Below, in pieces: positions 41,642-51,662 of a DNA stretch of 64,000 bases (positions are counted from its first letter, which is position 1; every line of letters begins with the position of its first letter). This DNA is from Minisyncoccota bacterium. GTDB taxonomy: Bacteria > Patescibacteriota > Minisyncoccia > Phycocordibacterales > UBA918. Location of the stretch: NCBI GenBank assembly GCA_036275695.1, contig DASUDI010000021.1, positions 5,311-69,310 on the forward strand, in the 5' to 3' direction. A program made the position numbers and the translations under genes. The notes under the pieces are model-generated. The model was given only the letters and a program-made list of their open reading frames with translations, searched no databases and had not been told where the DNA came from.

Positions 41642-44424
41642 TATAGGGTAACGTTGTCAATTGGCTTGGGGAGTTTACGATTTGTCGCATACATGCCGAG
41701 AAGCATGAGAACAAGCCCCAGTGAAACTATTGAAATCGAAGCAATGAGTAAGAGCATATTTCCGGTGAGGAATGATGGCGTGAGTTCGCTAAACGAATCA
41801 TTTACAAATGGATTTGTCTGCGCAAACGCTTCAGCGGTCTTTACAAAAGGAAATGCAGCGCTTTTTGCAACAATGGCGCCAGTATTATCGGTAATACCAA
41901 CATAGATCTCATGATCACCATCTTCTATTTCTTTATCAAAAATATAACTCCAACTTCCTTCCGCGTCAGTTTTAACTGAAACTACTATTGGTGTGCTATA
42001 AATATAGAGATTGATAAAACTATGCGGTAATGCCTTGCCGGTGATAAGCGCTTTTGGAGTACCTGTCGCTGAATCTGGATGTATTGTAGAAATTGACGCA
42101 ATTGAAAGAACATCATCACGAACAATTCCTGATTCTTTTGCGGACTCATACGCAAGTAATGACTCCTGTTCTGGATTGTTTGGGTCATATCCACGCGCAA
42201 TTTCTGCACCATCAGAAAAACCATCAGTATCTGTATCGGCAACAAATGGATTTGTTTTATATAAATTAATTTCATCAAAATCTAGAATACCATCGTTGTC
42301 AGAATCAATATGTGCTCTGTTGGCGAGTCGGTCTGCGATGATGCGCTCATTGTTTTCTGCCGTGTCAAGTACGTTAAAAGTCAATTGAGATACATATGTA
42401 TTGATGGAGTCAATGAGATTCTTATCTAATAAAATCTCTGATAATTTTGAAATTGTGTCAGATTGAAAGGATTCAATTGTACTTTTAAGAGCGCGGGTCG
42501 CGTCAGTGTCATTTGTTCGTATTGCATGAGCGTATTGTGTCACATACTCATTAAGCTTATTTCTATACTCAAGAATTAGATTTTTGACCTCCGTGCTCGT
42601 ATGTGTACCTTCATCTAAGGAACTATTTAATGATTGGGTAAAATCCTCCACAGACTGTATATATGTGACTTTCTTGTCAGACACTGCAACACTCTCAGCA
42701 CCTTCGGCGTCATCTGCATCGTTCGCGGGTGAAACTGATGGTGTACTCTGAGTTGTTTTTGTAAGTTCCGCATCAACTGCTCGGTATTCTTCTATAAGTT
42801 CCTCTTGTTCAGGTGTGTACTCAATTTCAGAAACATTAAATATGCGTATACCGGTTTTATCAGAAGTATATTCTCCATACTCATTCTTAACACGTGCAAA
42901 TAGTATATATTCACCATTTGGTGAATTATTCGTATTCCACGCATATTTCCACGTTGTATCGCTAATTTTAAATGCAGTACCAATAAATATTTCACGTAAT
43001 GAGTTATTGGGTGTGTGATATAACTCAATTTTGCGCGCGAGAGGCGCGAATAACGAAATTTCTACAAAGTTTGAGAGTGGACTTTGCTTTGAAAGTGACA
43101 CACTAACTTGAGGAGTTTTTCCCTCCGTAGCAATAGTGGTTGTGGAAGAAGCAACCACAGCATCTGTAACATTATCTAAAATCTCATCAACGTTGTCTAC
43201 GGTACGAGTCACCTTGTTGCTCTCAATGATATTGTCTTGGTAATACCCTTTTGCGAAAAAGTAATACGTACCGTCATTTAGTGTTTCTGAATTTAATACA
43301 TATCGCCACTCGTCAATACTTTTCTTAATTGCATTACCTATGAGAAATTGCGTACCACTTAATTTATTAAGTGCGTAAATTGTAACCTTAGATGCATCTG
43401 TACTAGATAATAATTTCATAGACACGTCACCGCGTAGTGGAGATGGTTCATCAATGGTGAGACTAACTCGCGTCGATGTAGAAGTGTCGTTATTAGAATC
43501 TGAATCAGAAGGCGCTTGATCAAGAACACTAGCGAGCTCATTGTGAACTGTATACGTCTCGGAAAAACCTTGGTTATATGAACCAAAACTATTAGAAATA
43601 TTTACAGAAATACGATATTCCCCATTAAGGTAGTAATGTGTGTCCCAACTGATTTGCCATTCTAGATCATTTACTTTATGTGCTGTGCCGAGCGGATGAG
43701 TTGTGCTTGTGTCAATGTGCTTAGCATACACGGTAACATTTGTTGCAGAAGGTACCGTAATAATAATGGGTACGATATCATGAAGTGGCACCTGCCCATC
43801 AATTCTAATATTCGCAGAAGGTGTTTCATCAACATCAGTGAGTTCACCCGAATCTTCAGGTGATGACGTTGCTATCAGACTTGCGGTGTTCCTGTATCCA
43901 CGAGCATAATCCTCAATTTCTGAATTGTTATTGATAAAACCAAAGTGGATTGAGGTTAAAAATGCCCCTATGAGTAGGACCACCATCCCCGCGGTGCGGG
44001 AAAACTGTGAAATAGTAATATTCTGAATAACAGGAAATCGAGTGATTGAGGGGATAGAAACCCTAAATTCAGGTCGCTTCATGAGCACCCCTCCTTTCCG
44101 CGACTGACGCTTCTTTTTTGATAATAAGGTGCTGTTATGAAGTTTAGTCTCAACCACTTTCTTCGTGTTATTTGAAATTTTAACAACATGCCTCTTACCT
44201 TCAAGACGTGCGAGTGTTAATTTTTTAGGTAACTCGTTTTGATTAATCTTTGAACGTGAAGTGTGCGTGGGAGTGCGTCTCATTGTTTTTTTGAGACTTT
44301 GTGTCGGTATGACTTTGGAAGTTCGTTTAACTTCTTCACGCGACTTAATGCCGATACGCTTACGTGTCACATGCTTAGCGCTCGCGCTCGAACGAGGGAC
44401 TGCTTTGGGTGCAGGTTTTACCAT
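41641..44424 (-). CDS. hypothetical large cell-surface protein with internal repeats and Asp-rich Ca-binding-like motifs
   Basis: 927 aa. Lys/Arg-rich N-terminal ~115 aa, then a TM/signal anchor (AGMVVLLIGAFLTSIHFGF). Three similar modules (…NGEYRISVNISN…, …DGTYYFFAKGYY…, …NGEYILFARVKN…). DSDNDGILDFDE…DTDTDGFSDGAE (thrombospondin-type-3-like). C-terminal TM anchor plus a basic tail. Confidence 0.55.
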   Translation of the reverse strand: MVKPAPKAVPRSSASAKHVTRKRIGIKSREEVKRTSKVIPTQSLKKTMRRTPTHTSRSKINQNELPKKLTLARLEGKRHVVKISNNTKKVVETKLHNSTLLSKKKRQSRKGGVLMKRPEFRVSIPSITRFPVIQNITISQFSRTAGMVVLLIGAFLTSIHFGFINNNSEIEDYARGYRNTASLIATSSPEDSGELTDVDETPSANIRIDGQVPLHDIVPIIITVPSATNVTVYAKHIDTSTTHPLGTAHKVNDLEWQISWDTHYYLNGEYRISVNISNSFGSYNQGFSETYTVHNELASVLDQAPSDSDSNNDTSTSTRVSLTIDEPSPLRGDVSMKLLSSTDASKVTIYALNKLSGTQFLIGNAIKKSIDEWRYVLNSETLNDGTYYFFAKGYYQDNIIESNKVTRTVDNVDEILDNVTDAVVASSTTTIATEGKTPQVSVSLSKQSPLSNFVEISLFAPLARKIELYHTPNNSLREIFIGTAFKISDTTWKYAWNTNNSPNGEYILFARVKNEYGEYTSDKTGIRIFNVSEIEYTPEQEELIEEYRAVDAELTKTTQSTPSVSPANDADDAEGAESVAVSDKKVTYIQSVEDFTQSLNSSLDEGTHTSTEVKNLILEYRNKLNEYVTQYAHAIRTNDTDATRALKSTIESFQSDTISKLSEILLDKNLIDSINTYVSQLTFNVLDTAENNERIIADRLANRAHIDSDNDGILDFDEINLYKTNPFVADTDTDGFSDGAEIARGYDPNNPEQESLLAYESAKESGIVRDDVLSIASISTIHPDSATGTPKALITGKALPHSFINLYIYSTPIVVSVKTDAEGSWSYIFDKEIEDGDHEIYVGITDNTGAIVAKSAAFPFVKTAEAFAQTNPFVNDSFSELTPSFLTGNMLLLIASISIVSLGLVLMLLGMYATNRKLPKPIDNVTL

Positions 44425-44477
44425 ATGTGTACAGTATAAATCATAATTTTATACGTACGCGCCACACATGTCGATAA

Positions 44478-46523
44478 CTATTTTCTTGCTTTAGTTTTTT
44501 TAGTGATGCCACTCTTTTCCAATCGTTGTATCTCGTCACGTATGAGCGCTGCTGTTTCAAAATCAAGAATTTTAACTGCTTCAGCCATTTGTTGTCGTTT
44601 CTCTCGAATAGTACCTTTTGGGTCATTACGATATTGTTCTAAATCAATGGTAATCAGTGTGTCGAGAGTCTTTTCATGTTCGGACTTGATGTGTTCGGTA
44701 ATATCCTTAATTTCTTTTGAAATTGATTTTGGGGTAATGTTATGTGTCTTATTATGTGCGAGTTGGAGTGTACGCCTACGATCAGTTTCCTCAACTGCGT
44801 ATTTCAGTGAAGGTGTCATCTCATCAGCATAAAGCAACACTCTTCCATGAATATTCCGCGCCGCTCGTCCAATAGTTTGTATAAGCGCGGTCTGTGATCG
44901 CAAAAAACCCTCTTTATCAGCGTCGAGAATAGCGACAAGTGCCACTTCAGGTAAGTCAAGTCCTTCTCGCAGTAAGTTTACCCCCACAAGGCAGTCAAAA
45001 ATGCCTTTTCTAAAATCAGTCAAAATTTGTATTCGTTCGATTGTCTTTACATCACTGTGGACATACTTTGCCGAAACACCACGTTCAGTAAGAAAATCTG
45101 CAAGGTCTTCTGCCATTTGTTTTGTGAGCGTAGTCACCAAAACTCGAGCCCCAGTCTCGATGGTGGAGACTGCTTCGTCAATAAAATCCTTGATCTGTCC
45201 TTGATGTGCACCTCGCTCAGTCACGGGACGAGTTGCAATAATCGGATCAACGAGTCCGGTCGGTCGAATTATCTGTTCCACGAGATTTCCGTGCGGTGGC
45301 GCTGAGTGTTCGTATTCGTATGTGCCTGGCGTTGCGGACGTGTAAATGCATTGTCCGACACTGCGCTCAAATTCTGCGAAATTAAGTGGTCGATTATCAA
45401 GCGCGCTAGGAAGTCGGAACCCGTGTTCTATGAGGGTGAGTTTTCGAGAGCGATCACCCGCATACATACCTCCAATTTGTGGAATGGTAACATGTGACTC
45501 ATCAATAATAGTAAGAAAATCAGGTGTCCCATCAGGAAGGTGCGGAAAATATGAAAGTAATGTGAATGGCGCGTTTCCCTCTTTTCGTCCATCAAAATGT
45601 CGTGAGTAATTTTCAATGCCATTGCAATACCCAACTTCCCTAATGAGTGCTAGATCATGTTCTGTACGACGTTTCAGTCGTTGCATTTCAAGATGTTTTT
45701 CTTCTCTTTTAAATACATCAAGTTGCGTGTGAAGTTCTGCGGTAATATCAGTAATTGCGCGAGCACGTTCGTGTTCAGGTGTTACAAAGTGCTTTGCGGG
45801 AAAAAGGTAAAATACCGAAATACTACCTATAAGGACTCGAGTTAGTGCATCAATTTGTGTAATTTCAGATACCGACATTCCGTCGAAGTGCAGGCGGTAG
45901 ATTACGCGCTCATTAATGGGCATAATCTCAACAAAGTTACCCACCGCGCGGAATTGACCTGGTTTTAAATCTGCGTTCGTGCGTTCAAAATACATCTCAA
46001 CAAGCAAGCGCATAATCCCCGCCCTGTCGGTATTGAAACCTTTCTCAATCTTTTTGTGAACTTTTTCGTATTCAGTGGGTGAGCCGAGTCCGTAGATACA
46101 TGATACGGATGCGACGATGATAACGTCACGCCGTGTTAAAAGTGCTTGTGTTGAGGCATGTCGCAAACGATCAATCTCTTCATTGATCATTGCTTCCTTC
46201 TCTATATACGTGTCACTTCCCGGCATATATGCTTCCGGTTGATAGTAATCATAATAGGAGACAAAATAATGCACCGCGTTATGTGGAAAAAAGTCCTTAT
46301 ATTCTTGCGCAAGCTGAGCTGCGAGTGTCTTATTGTGCGCAATTACGAGTGTTGGTTTCTGTATGCGCGCAATAACATTTGCAGCCGTAAAAGTCTTTCC
46401 CGATCCCGTAACCCCGAGAAGTGTTTGGTGACGGACTCCTCGTTGGATTCCCGCCACCAGTGATTCAATGGCCTTGGGTTGGTCGCCCGCCGGTTGCTTT
46501 TCAGAAGAAAGTTCAAATCGCAT
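44478..46523 (-). CDS. uvrB: excinuclease ABC subunit B
   Basis: 681 aa. …LLGVTGSGKTFTAANVI… helicase motifs and a C-terminal UvrB/UvrC interaction helix. Confidence 0.9.
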   Translation of the reverse strand: MRFELSSEKQPAGDQPKAIESLVAGIQRGVRHQTLLGVTGSGKTFTAANVIARIQKPTLVIAHNKTLAAQLAQEYKDFFPHNAVHYFVSYYDYYQPEAYMPGSDTYIEKEAMINEEIDRLRHASTQALLTRRDVIIVASVSCIYGLGSPTEYEKVHKKIEKGFNTDRAGIMRLLVEMYFERTNADLKPGQFRAVGNFVEIMPINERVIYRLHFDGMSVSEITQIDALTRVLIGSISVFYLFPAKHFVTPEHERARAITDITAELHTQLDVFKREEKHLEMQRLKRRTEHDLALIREVGYCNGIENYSRHFDGRKEGNAPFTLLSYFPHLPDGTPDFLTIIDESHVTIPQIGGMYAGDRSRKLTLIEHGFRLPSALDNRPLNFAEFERSVGQCIYTSATPGTYEYEHSAPPHGNLVEQIIRPTGLVDPIIATRPVTERGAHQGQIKDFIDEAVSTIETGARVLVTTLTKQMAEDLADFLTERGVSAKYVHSDVKTIERIQILTDFRKGIFDCLVGVNLLREGLDLPEVALVAILDADKEGFLRSQTALIQTIGRAARNIHGRVLLYADEMTPSLKYAVEETDRRRTLQLAHNKTHNITPKSISKEIKDITEHIKSEHEKTLDTLITIDLEQYRNDPKGTIREKRQQMAEAVKILDFETAALIRDEIQRLEKSGITKKTKARK

Positions 46524-46571
46524 GTACTGAGTATACGCTAGTGTGAGCGTAAAGAAAAACTCTACGTTTGG

Positions 46572-47780
46572 TTACAATCCAAGCAAAATATTCTCACGCA
46601 ACTGCTTCGTGTGCCGTACGATTACGTATAAATTATGCAGAGATGCGAGATGTGCGCCCAACATTTCATTTGCTCTAAAAAGGTGCGCTAGGTATGCTCT
46701 CGTATAGTGGGTACACACATAGCAATCACACCCCTCATCTGGCTTACCTAAGTCATTTTGATACTGACTATTTCGCAGACTGATGCGAACAATACCTTCG
46801 TGTGTATGTGCGTAAATACTTCCATTGCGGGCGATGCGTGTTGGTGCGACACAGTCAAATGTGTCACAACCCATTTCTACTCCATCACAAATATCGAGCG
46901 GCTCACCGATACCGAGCAAGTGTCGTGGCTTTTCTTCTGGCAACACTTCGTTCACGACACGTAGCGCATCACCAAGATCGTCTTTGGTGAATGAACCACC
47001 AATCCCATATCCATCAAAATCCATGTCACGCAAAGTTCGTGCGCTTTTTTCACGCAGGTCGAGATACCGCCCACCTTGAATGACACCATACAAACCTTGC
47101 GTTTTTCGTGCATCATAATTACGCATGTGAGCTAGAATAGAGCGCTTAGCCCAGCGATGAGTCCGTTCCATTGCTTCTTCCTGATATTGCTTATCAGCGG
47201 TCGGTGACGTGCACTCATCAAAAGCCACTATAATATCCGCTCCAATTGCGTGTTGAATTTCGATTGAACGCTCTGCGGTGAAGCGATGCATTGATCCATC
47301 GATGTGTGAAGTGAACGTAACCCCATCCTCATCTATGACGCATAATTTTCCATGACTCTGCGCTAATTCTTTCGAGTATGGGTGGAGCGCTCCTTCCTCA
47401 GCATCCTCACGCTCATGTTCTGATGTGGCGAACTTTGTGACCCCCTTGCCAAATGCTGCACCCAACGAAAATACCTGAAATCCTCCGGAGTCAGTCATGG
47501 TAGGAGTTTTTATGTTTGAAAATGTATTGAGCCCCCCCGCTTTTTGAATGAGCTCGTGTCCTGGTTGAAGGTAGAGGTGGTAGGTGTTTGCAAGCGTCAC
47601 CTGATTTCCAACATACATTTCCAAATCTTCAGGTTTAAGTGACTTCACTGTACCCTTTGTTCCCACAACCACAAATGCAGGAGTTTCAATTGCTCCATGC
47701 GGTGTATGAATAACACCCGCTCGAGCAAGTGACCCAGGCTTTCGTTTCTGTATTTCAAATGAAATTGGAGACGTCATCAC
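46572..47780 (-). CDS. tgt: queuine tRNA-ribosyltransferase
   Basis: 402 aa. …GVIHTPHGAIETPAFVVVGTKGTVK…, zinc site CxCxxC…H (…DEGCDCYVCTHYTRAYLAHL…). Confidence 0.85.
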   Translation of the reverse strand: MMTSPISFEIQKRKPGSLARAGVIHTPHGAIETPAFVVVGTKGTVKSLKPEDLEMYVGNQVTLANTYHLYLQPGHELIQKAGGLNTFSNIKTPTMTDSGGFQVFSLGAAFGKGVTKFATSEHEREDAEEGALHPYSKELAQSHGKLCVIDEDGVTFTSHIDGSMHRFTAERSIEIQHAIGADIIVAFDECTSPTADKQYQEEAMERTHRWAKRSILAHMRNYDARKTQGLYGVIQGGRYLDLREKSARTLRDMDFDGYGIGGSFTKDDLGDALRVVNEVLPEEKPRHLLGIGEPLDICDGVEMGCDTFDCVAPTRIARNGSIYAHTHEGIVRISLRNSQYQNDLGKPDEGCDCYVCTHYTRAYLAHLFRANEMLGAHLASLHNLYVIVRHTKQLRENILLGL

Positions 47781-48343
47781 TTCTTAATTTCAAGGAGTTC
47801 AACTGCAAAGATAAGTGGTGTATTGGGCGGTATGTTCCCAACCTGACGGTTGCCATACGCCATGTCGCTCGGTATGACGAGAATACGTCGTCCACCCACT
47901 TTCATGCCTATGAGTCCTTCCTCCCAACCTTTAATAACAATTCCCTTCCCTATTGTGAATGTAAATGTTTGACCTCTATCGTATGAGCTATCAAATTTAG
48001 TGCCATCTTGAAGTGTTCCAACATAGTGTACCGTTACCGTATCACCATTTTTCACTGATTCCCCAACCGTCCCTAAATGTGCGTCATTAATAACCAACTT
48101 CACGAGCTCACCGTTTACTGAGTGCGCGTCTTTCAGAATCTGCTCTAGTTCAGTAATCTTTGTGTCGCTGCTTGTGCTTGTATTCTGTGTACCGAGCGCT
48201 ACACTCCCCTCTTGTGTTTCGTTTGGTAGTGCATATCGAGCACCAAGAATATCAGTCTTTGTTTTGAGAATGCTGAGGACACATACCATAATGAGTACGC
48301 TCCCCACAATACCTACTATTTCGAATTTTTTACTTGCTTTCAT
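47777..48343 (-). CDS. FKBP-type peptidyl-prolyl cis-trans isomerase (membrane-anchored)
   Basis: N-terminal TM, then …GDTVTVHYVGTLQDGTKFDSSYDRGQTFTFTIGKGIVIKGWEEGLIGMKVGGRRILVIPSDMAYG…. Confidence 0.8.
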   Translation of the reverse strand: MKASKKFEIVGIVGSVLIMVCVLSILKTKTDILGARYALPNETQEGSVALGTQNTSTSSDTKITELEQILKDAHSVNGELVKLVINDAHLGTVGESVKNGDTVTVHYVGTLQDGTKFDSSYDRGQTFTFTIGKGIVIKGWEEGLIGMKVGGRRILVIPSDMAYGNRQVGNIPPNTPLIFAVELLEIKK

Positions 48344-48401
48344 ACTGTTTCAGATTATGGCAACATGATAACCTCCGTACAAAATACCGCAAGTAGACAC
48401 G

Positions 48402-49538
48402 TCACGGTACATGCGATGTGACGATAGTACCTAAATGCGAATTGACACCAGCATCATTACTTATGGACAAAAATATTCTTTCGAGGAGTCGTGTCTGCCC
48501 ATCAGGAGGCATGAGCCGTGGTTGCGAACGTGTGCTCCTTGATTCAACTCCTACCACTGAAAATGTTGTGGTCGATGCTGATAGGTGCACCGTTAGCATT
48601 GCGCCCTCTTGTACTTCATCACTAAAATACTGATCAAAAACAAAATTGCCAAGTGAGTAAAAAATGGGCACTCCCTTGTACATTCCAACATCCTGTACTA
48701 CATGTGGATGATGACCCACAATAACATCGGCACCTGCATCAATGAGCGCGTGGGCAAATGCCTCTTGTTTAGAACTGTGAGTTAATTCATACTCATTTCC
48801 CCAGTGAACGTACACAAACTGCATGTCAGTCTTCTCCGAAAGTTTCAATAATGCCACTTGCGCACTTTCCTTGGGATATGACCATACTGCATGTATAGGC
48901 AAAATCCCCACGCGGACACCAGTACCAGTTTCAATTATCTGCGCGTCACTGTACAACACACTGGTTGGGTCTCCCACACATACTATATCTGCATCAATAC
49001 ATGAGAGACGCGTAGCGCGCAAACCGTCATCACCGTAATCAAATGAGTGATTGTTAGCGATTGACAGTATATCAAAACCGACGTTTTTCATACCCATGAG
49101 GGTTGTTGCGGGAACTGAAAAACGCATTGTACCAGACGGTGTGGGCACGTGTGTATGAGGTACCGCACTTTCAAAATTTGCAATCGCGTAATCGAATGAA
49201 GTGATGTATTGACGTAGAACACTGAAAGGATACGAAAGTCCATACACTTCGGTCAATTTTTCAACATGTCTACCGAGCATGATGTCGCCAACGAATAAGA
49301 GACGAATATTTGTTTTTTGTTCGGGGGCACTACTTACATCCACATACTGAGCAGACGTTGAAATTGATGCTTCTTGGGTGTGTGTTTTGTACTCAAAACT
49401 ATTCTCATTCAGACGTATGTGTATCACCACAATAAGAATGAATGACACATAAAAAAATATGAATCCGCGAACTGGTTTAAGATGCGTGCTAACCCACTTC
49501 ATTGAGATAGTTTGAACGAGCGTGGTAGAGTTCCACAA
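48402..49538 (-). CDS. CapA/PgsA-family metallophosphoesterase-like protein (poly-gamma-glutamate/capsule synthesis-type)
   Basis: …LLFVGDIMLGRHV…, …ANNHSFDYGDDG…, …VYVHWGNEY… The start is probably an internal Met, since the ORF-track start overlaps the next gene by 50 nt. Confidence 0.65.
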   Translation of the reverse strand: MWNSTTLVQTISMKWVSTHLKPVRGFIFFYVSFILIVVIHIRLNENSFEYKTHTQEASISTSAQYVDVSSAPEQKTNIRLLFVGDIMLGRHVEKLTEVYGLSYPFSVLRQYITSFDYAIANFESAVPHTHVPTPSGTMRFSVPATTLMGMKNVGFDILSIANNHSFDYGDDGLRATRLSCIDADIVCVGDPTSVLYSDAQIIETGTGVRVGILPIHAVWSYPKESAQVALLKLSEKTDMQFVYVHWGNEYELTHSSKQEAFAHALIDAGADVIVGHHPHVVQDVGMYKGVPIFYSLGNFVFDQYFSDEVQEGAMLTVHLSASTTTFSVVGVESRSTRSQPRLMPPDGQTRLLERIFLSISNDAGVNSHLGTIVTSHVP

Positions 49539-50535
49539 TTACAAGGAAAAAACTAAGTATGACAGGACCTAACACGAACCCGAGTGGACCAAACTTTGCG
49601 ATACCACCGAGGACTGCAATGAGAACAAGGAATGGGTGAAGGTTGTTGCCTCGACTCATAAGGTGGGGACCAATCATGTTGTCAATGAGTCCAACAGCGA
49701 GAACACCCCAGAGCGCAAGAAGAAGCGCAGAAAGGTGTGCTCCCGTGACAATGAGGTATACGACTGATGGAACAATGACAATTGCAGTACCGACACCAGG
49801 CACAAGTGCGCCAATAGAAGCTATGGCACCCCAAAGGATTGCTCTCTCAAAACCAAAAATAGTGAGCCCAACGGAAGTCAAAAGACCTTGAATGAGCGAA
49901 ACCGCAACAGAACCAAGTGCTACCGATCGGACTGCGCGTGCCATTCGATTGAGGATGTGCATGTCCTCAGTATCATTGAGCGGACTAAGTCGAATGAGAT
50001 ATTTTGCAAAATAATCGCCATCTTTAAAGAAGTAATACATTCCTATTAGAGCAAGAAAAAACAAAAAAAGTGTTGACGCGGTTCCCGCAAAGAGCACCAC
50101 AAGATGCTCAACAAAAAACTGGGCTGTCTGACGAGCGACATGTGCCATGTCAATTGAAAATCCAGGAATAAATTGACGCGCAAGCAGTTCGACTTGATTG
50201 ACTGTGTGAGTAAATGACGCGCCACCCGAACTGCTGTTAAACAGAGAGTAAATGGCAACCGCTTCTCCCAAAACTAGGTACGAAAGAAGAATAAGGGGTA
50301 TGATAACTACCACAAAAACAACCGCGACTGACATGAGTGAGAGGAGGCTTGGTCGAAGACGCGGAAAACGGTTTTTAAAATAAGTATGAAGTGGGTAGCA
50401 AATAGTCACCACGATTGCCGACAGTGCCAAAGCGCCTAAAAACGGTAGTAAAAGTTGCCATACGAGGTACCCACCCACAAAAAGCAAGACAAAAAAGAAT
50501 AATTCAGTAATGAGACGCTCACGACTTACCATCAT
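49489..50535 (-). CDS. AI-2E family transporter (UPF0118/PerM-like)
   Basis: 348 aa with about 8 TM. It has the characteristic layout, with a conserved Gly-rich C-terminal half (…IGALVPGVGTAIVIVPSVVYL…). Confidence 0.7.
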   Translation of the reverse strand: MMVSRERLITELFFFVLLFVGGYLVWQLLLPFLGALALSAIVVTICYPLHTYFKNRFPRLRPSLLSLMSVAVVFVVVIIPLILLSYLVLGEAVAIYSLFNSSSGGASFTHTVNQVELLARQFIPGFSIDMAHVARQTAQFFVEHLVVLFAGTASTLFLFFLALIGMYYFFKDGDYFAKYLIRLSPLNDTEDMHILNRMARAVRSVALGSVAVSLIQGLLTSVGLTIFGFERAILWGAIASIGALVPGVGTAIVIVPSVVYLIVTGAHLSALLLALWGVLAVGLIDNMIGPHLMSRGNNLHPFLVLIAVLGGIAKFGPLGFVLGPVILSFFLVIVELYHARSNYLNEVG

Positions 50536-50570
50536 ATTTTAATAGTATACTATATATCTATAATCAACAA

Positions 50571-50592
50571 AGGTCAGATATATATCTGACCT
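50571..50592. repeat. 22-nt perfect palindrome AGGTCAGATATATATCTGACCT in a 390-bp intergenic region, candidate operator
   Basis: Read directly. It is centred about 45 nt upstream of the AI-2E transporter start codon. Confidence 0.5.
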
Positions 50593-50923
50593 TGTATGTC
50601 ATGGAATGGGGGTAGGTGCTGGTATCGTAATCTTTGCTGAACGCGCAGTTGCTTCAAGCGCGTTAAATGTGGCTGATATTGCCCTATCTGCTGCATCGAA
50701 ACTCGCACTGAACAGTGACGAAAGATACCAAATGACCAAGATCATTCCTATTGACTTAAACATACATATGTAATTTGCAACTATAACAACACAGGACGAA
50801 TGTGTTGTCTGAATAAAATCAGTAGTCGCGCATATGAAATGATTAAGAACAGTATCCGCATACAGTATAGCATATATGCTATATATGTAAACTACACGGA
50901 GGATGAAGTCATGCGAGATCAGG

Positions 50924-51661
50924 TTAATAAACACACAGTGGCGCCAATCCAAAAAAATGATATATCTGAAAACCAAAGTCACTCATCAATATACTCTGTG
51001 ACGAGAGCAACGATACTCCGAGGACAATAAGGAATACTCCACTGAACTTTGAAAGATATCGTTCATAGCGTGCGTAGCCTGTAAAAGCGTGGACTGACTG
51101 CGCATATAATAAACCTGTCAAAATAAAGGGGACTGCCAAACCCAATGAAAAAGTAAGTAATAATACTCCTCCCTGCATAAGCGTTGCAGACTGTGACGCG
51201 AGGAGAAGGATTGAGGCGAGAATGGGTCCGGCACAGGGAGACCATCCGAGTGCAAATACAACTCCTAGTAACAAAGGGCGAGCAAATCTACCTTTTTCCA
51301 TATGTGGCACGCGAATTCGCTGAAAGGTATTTTTAAGTAGCGGTAGTTCAAAGACTCCAAGTATCGCAAGACCAAACAGTATAATTAACACCGATCCAAC
51401 TTGAGAAAAAATTACTTTGTAATGCTGAGTCCATGATCCAAGATAAGCACTCAATAGACCAAATAGAAAAAAAATAATACTAAAACCAAACGTAAAGGTA
51501 ATGGTACGTATCGTAATCTCACGTCGCTTATTGTGACGCACCGTATCAGGCACCAAGGACGCGAGAAAAGCCGGCACAATGGGAAGTGTGCATGGCGCAA
51601 GAAACATGACGACTCCACCCGCAAACGCACTCACCATGAGTATAAGTGAAAGTTCGTGCAT
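50924..51661 (-). CDS. ccdA: cytochrome c-type biogenesis protein CcdA (DsbD-family transmembrane thiol:disulfide electron transporter)
   Basis: Start taken at MHELSLILMV… Conserved Cys in TM1 (LAPCTLPIVPAF) and TM4 (GWSPCAGPILASI). Confidence 0.75.
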   Translation of the reverse strand: MHELSLILMVSAFAGGVVMFLAPCTLPIVPAFLASLVPDTVRHNKRREITIRTITFTFGFSIIFFLFGLLSAYLGSWTQHYKVIFSQVGSVLIILFGLAILGVFELPLLKNTFQRIRVPHMEKGRFARPLLLGVVFALGWSPCAGPILASILLLASQSATLMQGGVLLLTFSLGLAVPFILTGLLYAQSVHAFTGYARYERYLSKFSGVFLIVLGVSLLSSQSILMSDFGFQIYHFFGLAPLCVY

Positions 51662-51662
51662 A

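Noticed and set aside
50599-50982. The 127-aa ORF-track call in the ccdA/AI-2E intergenic region.
   Set aside because: Its N-terminal two-thirds is low-complexity and overlaps the promoter-like palindrome region. Only the C-terminal 54-aa sub-ORF is kept, as a low-confidence possibility in the findings.
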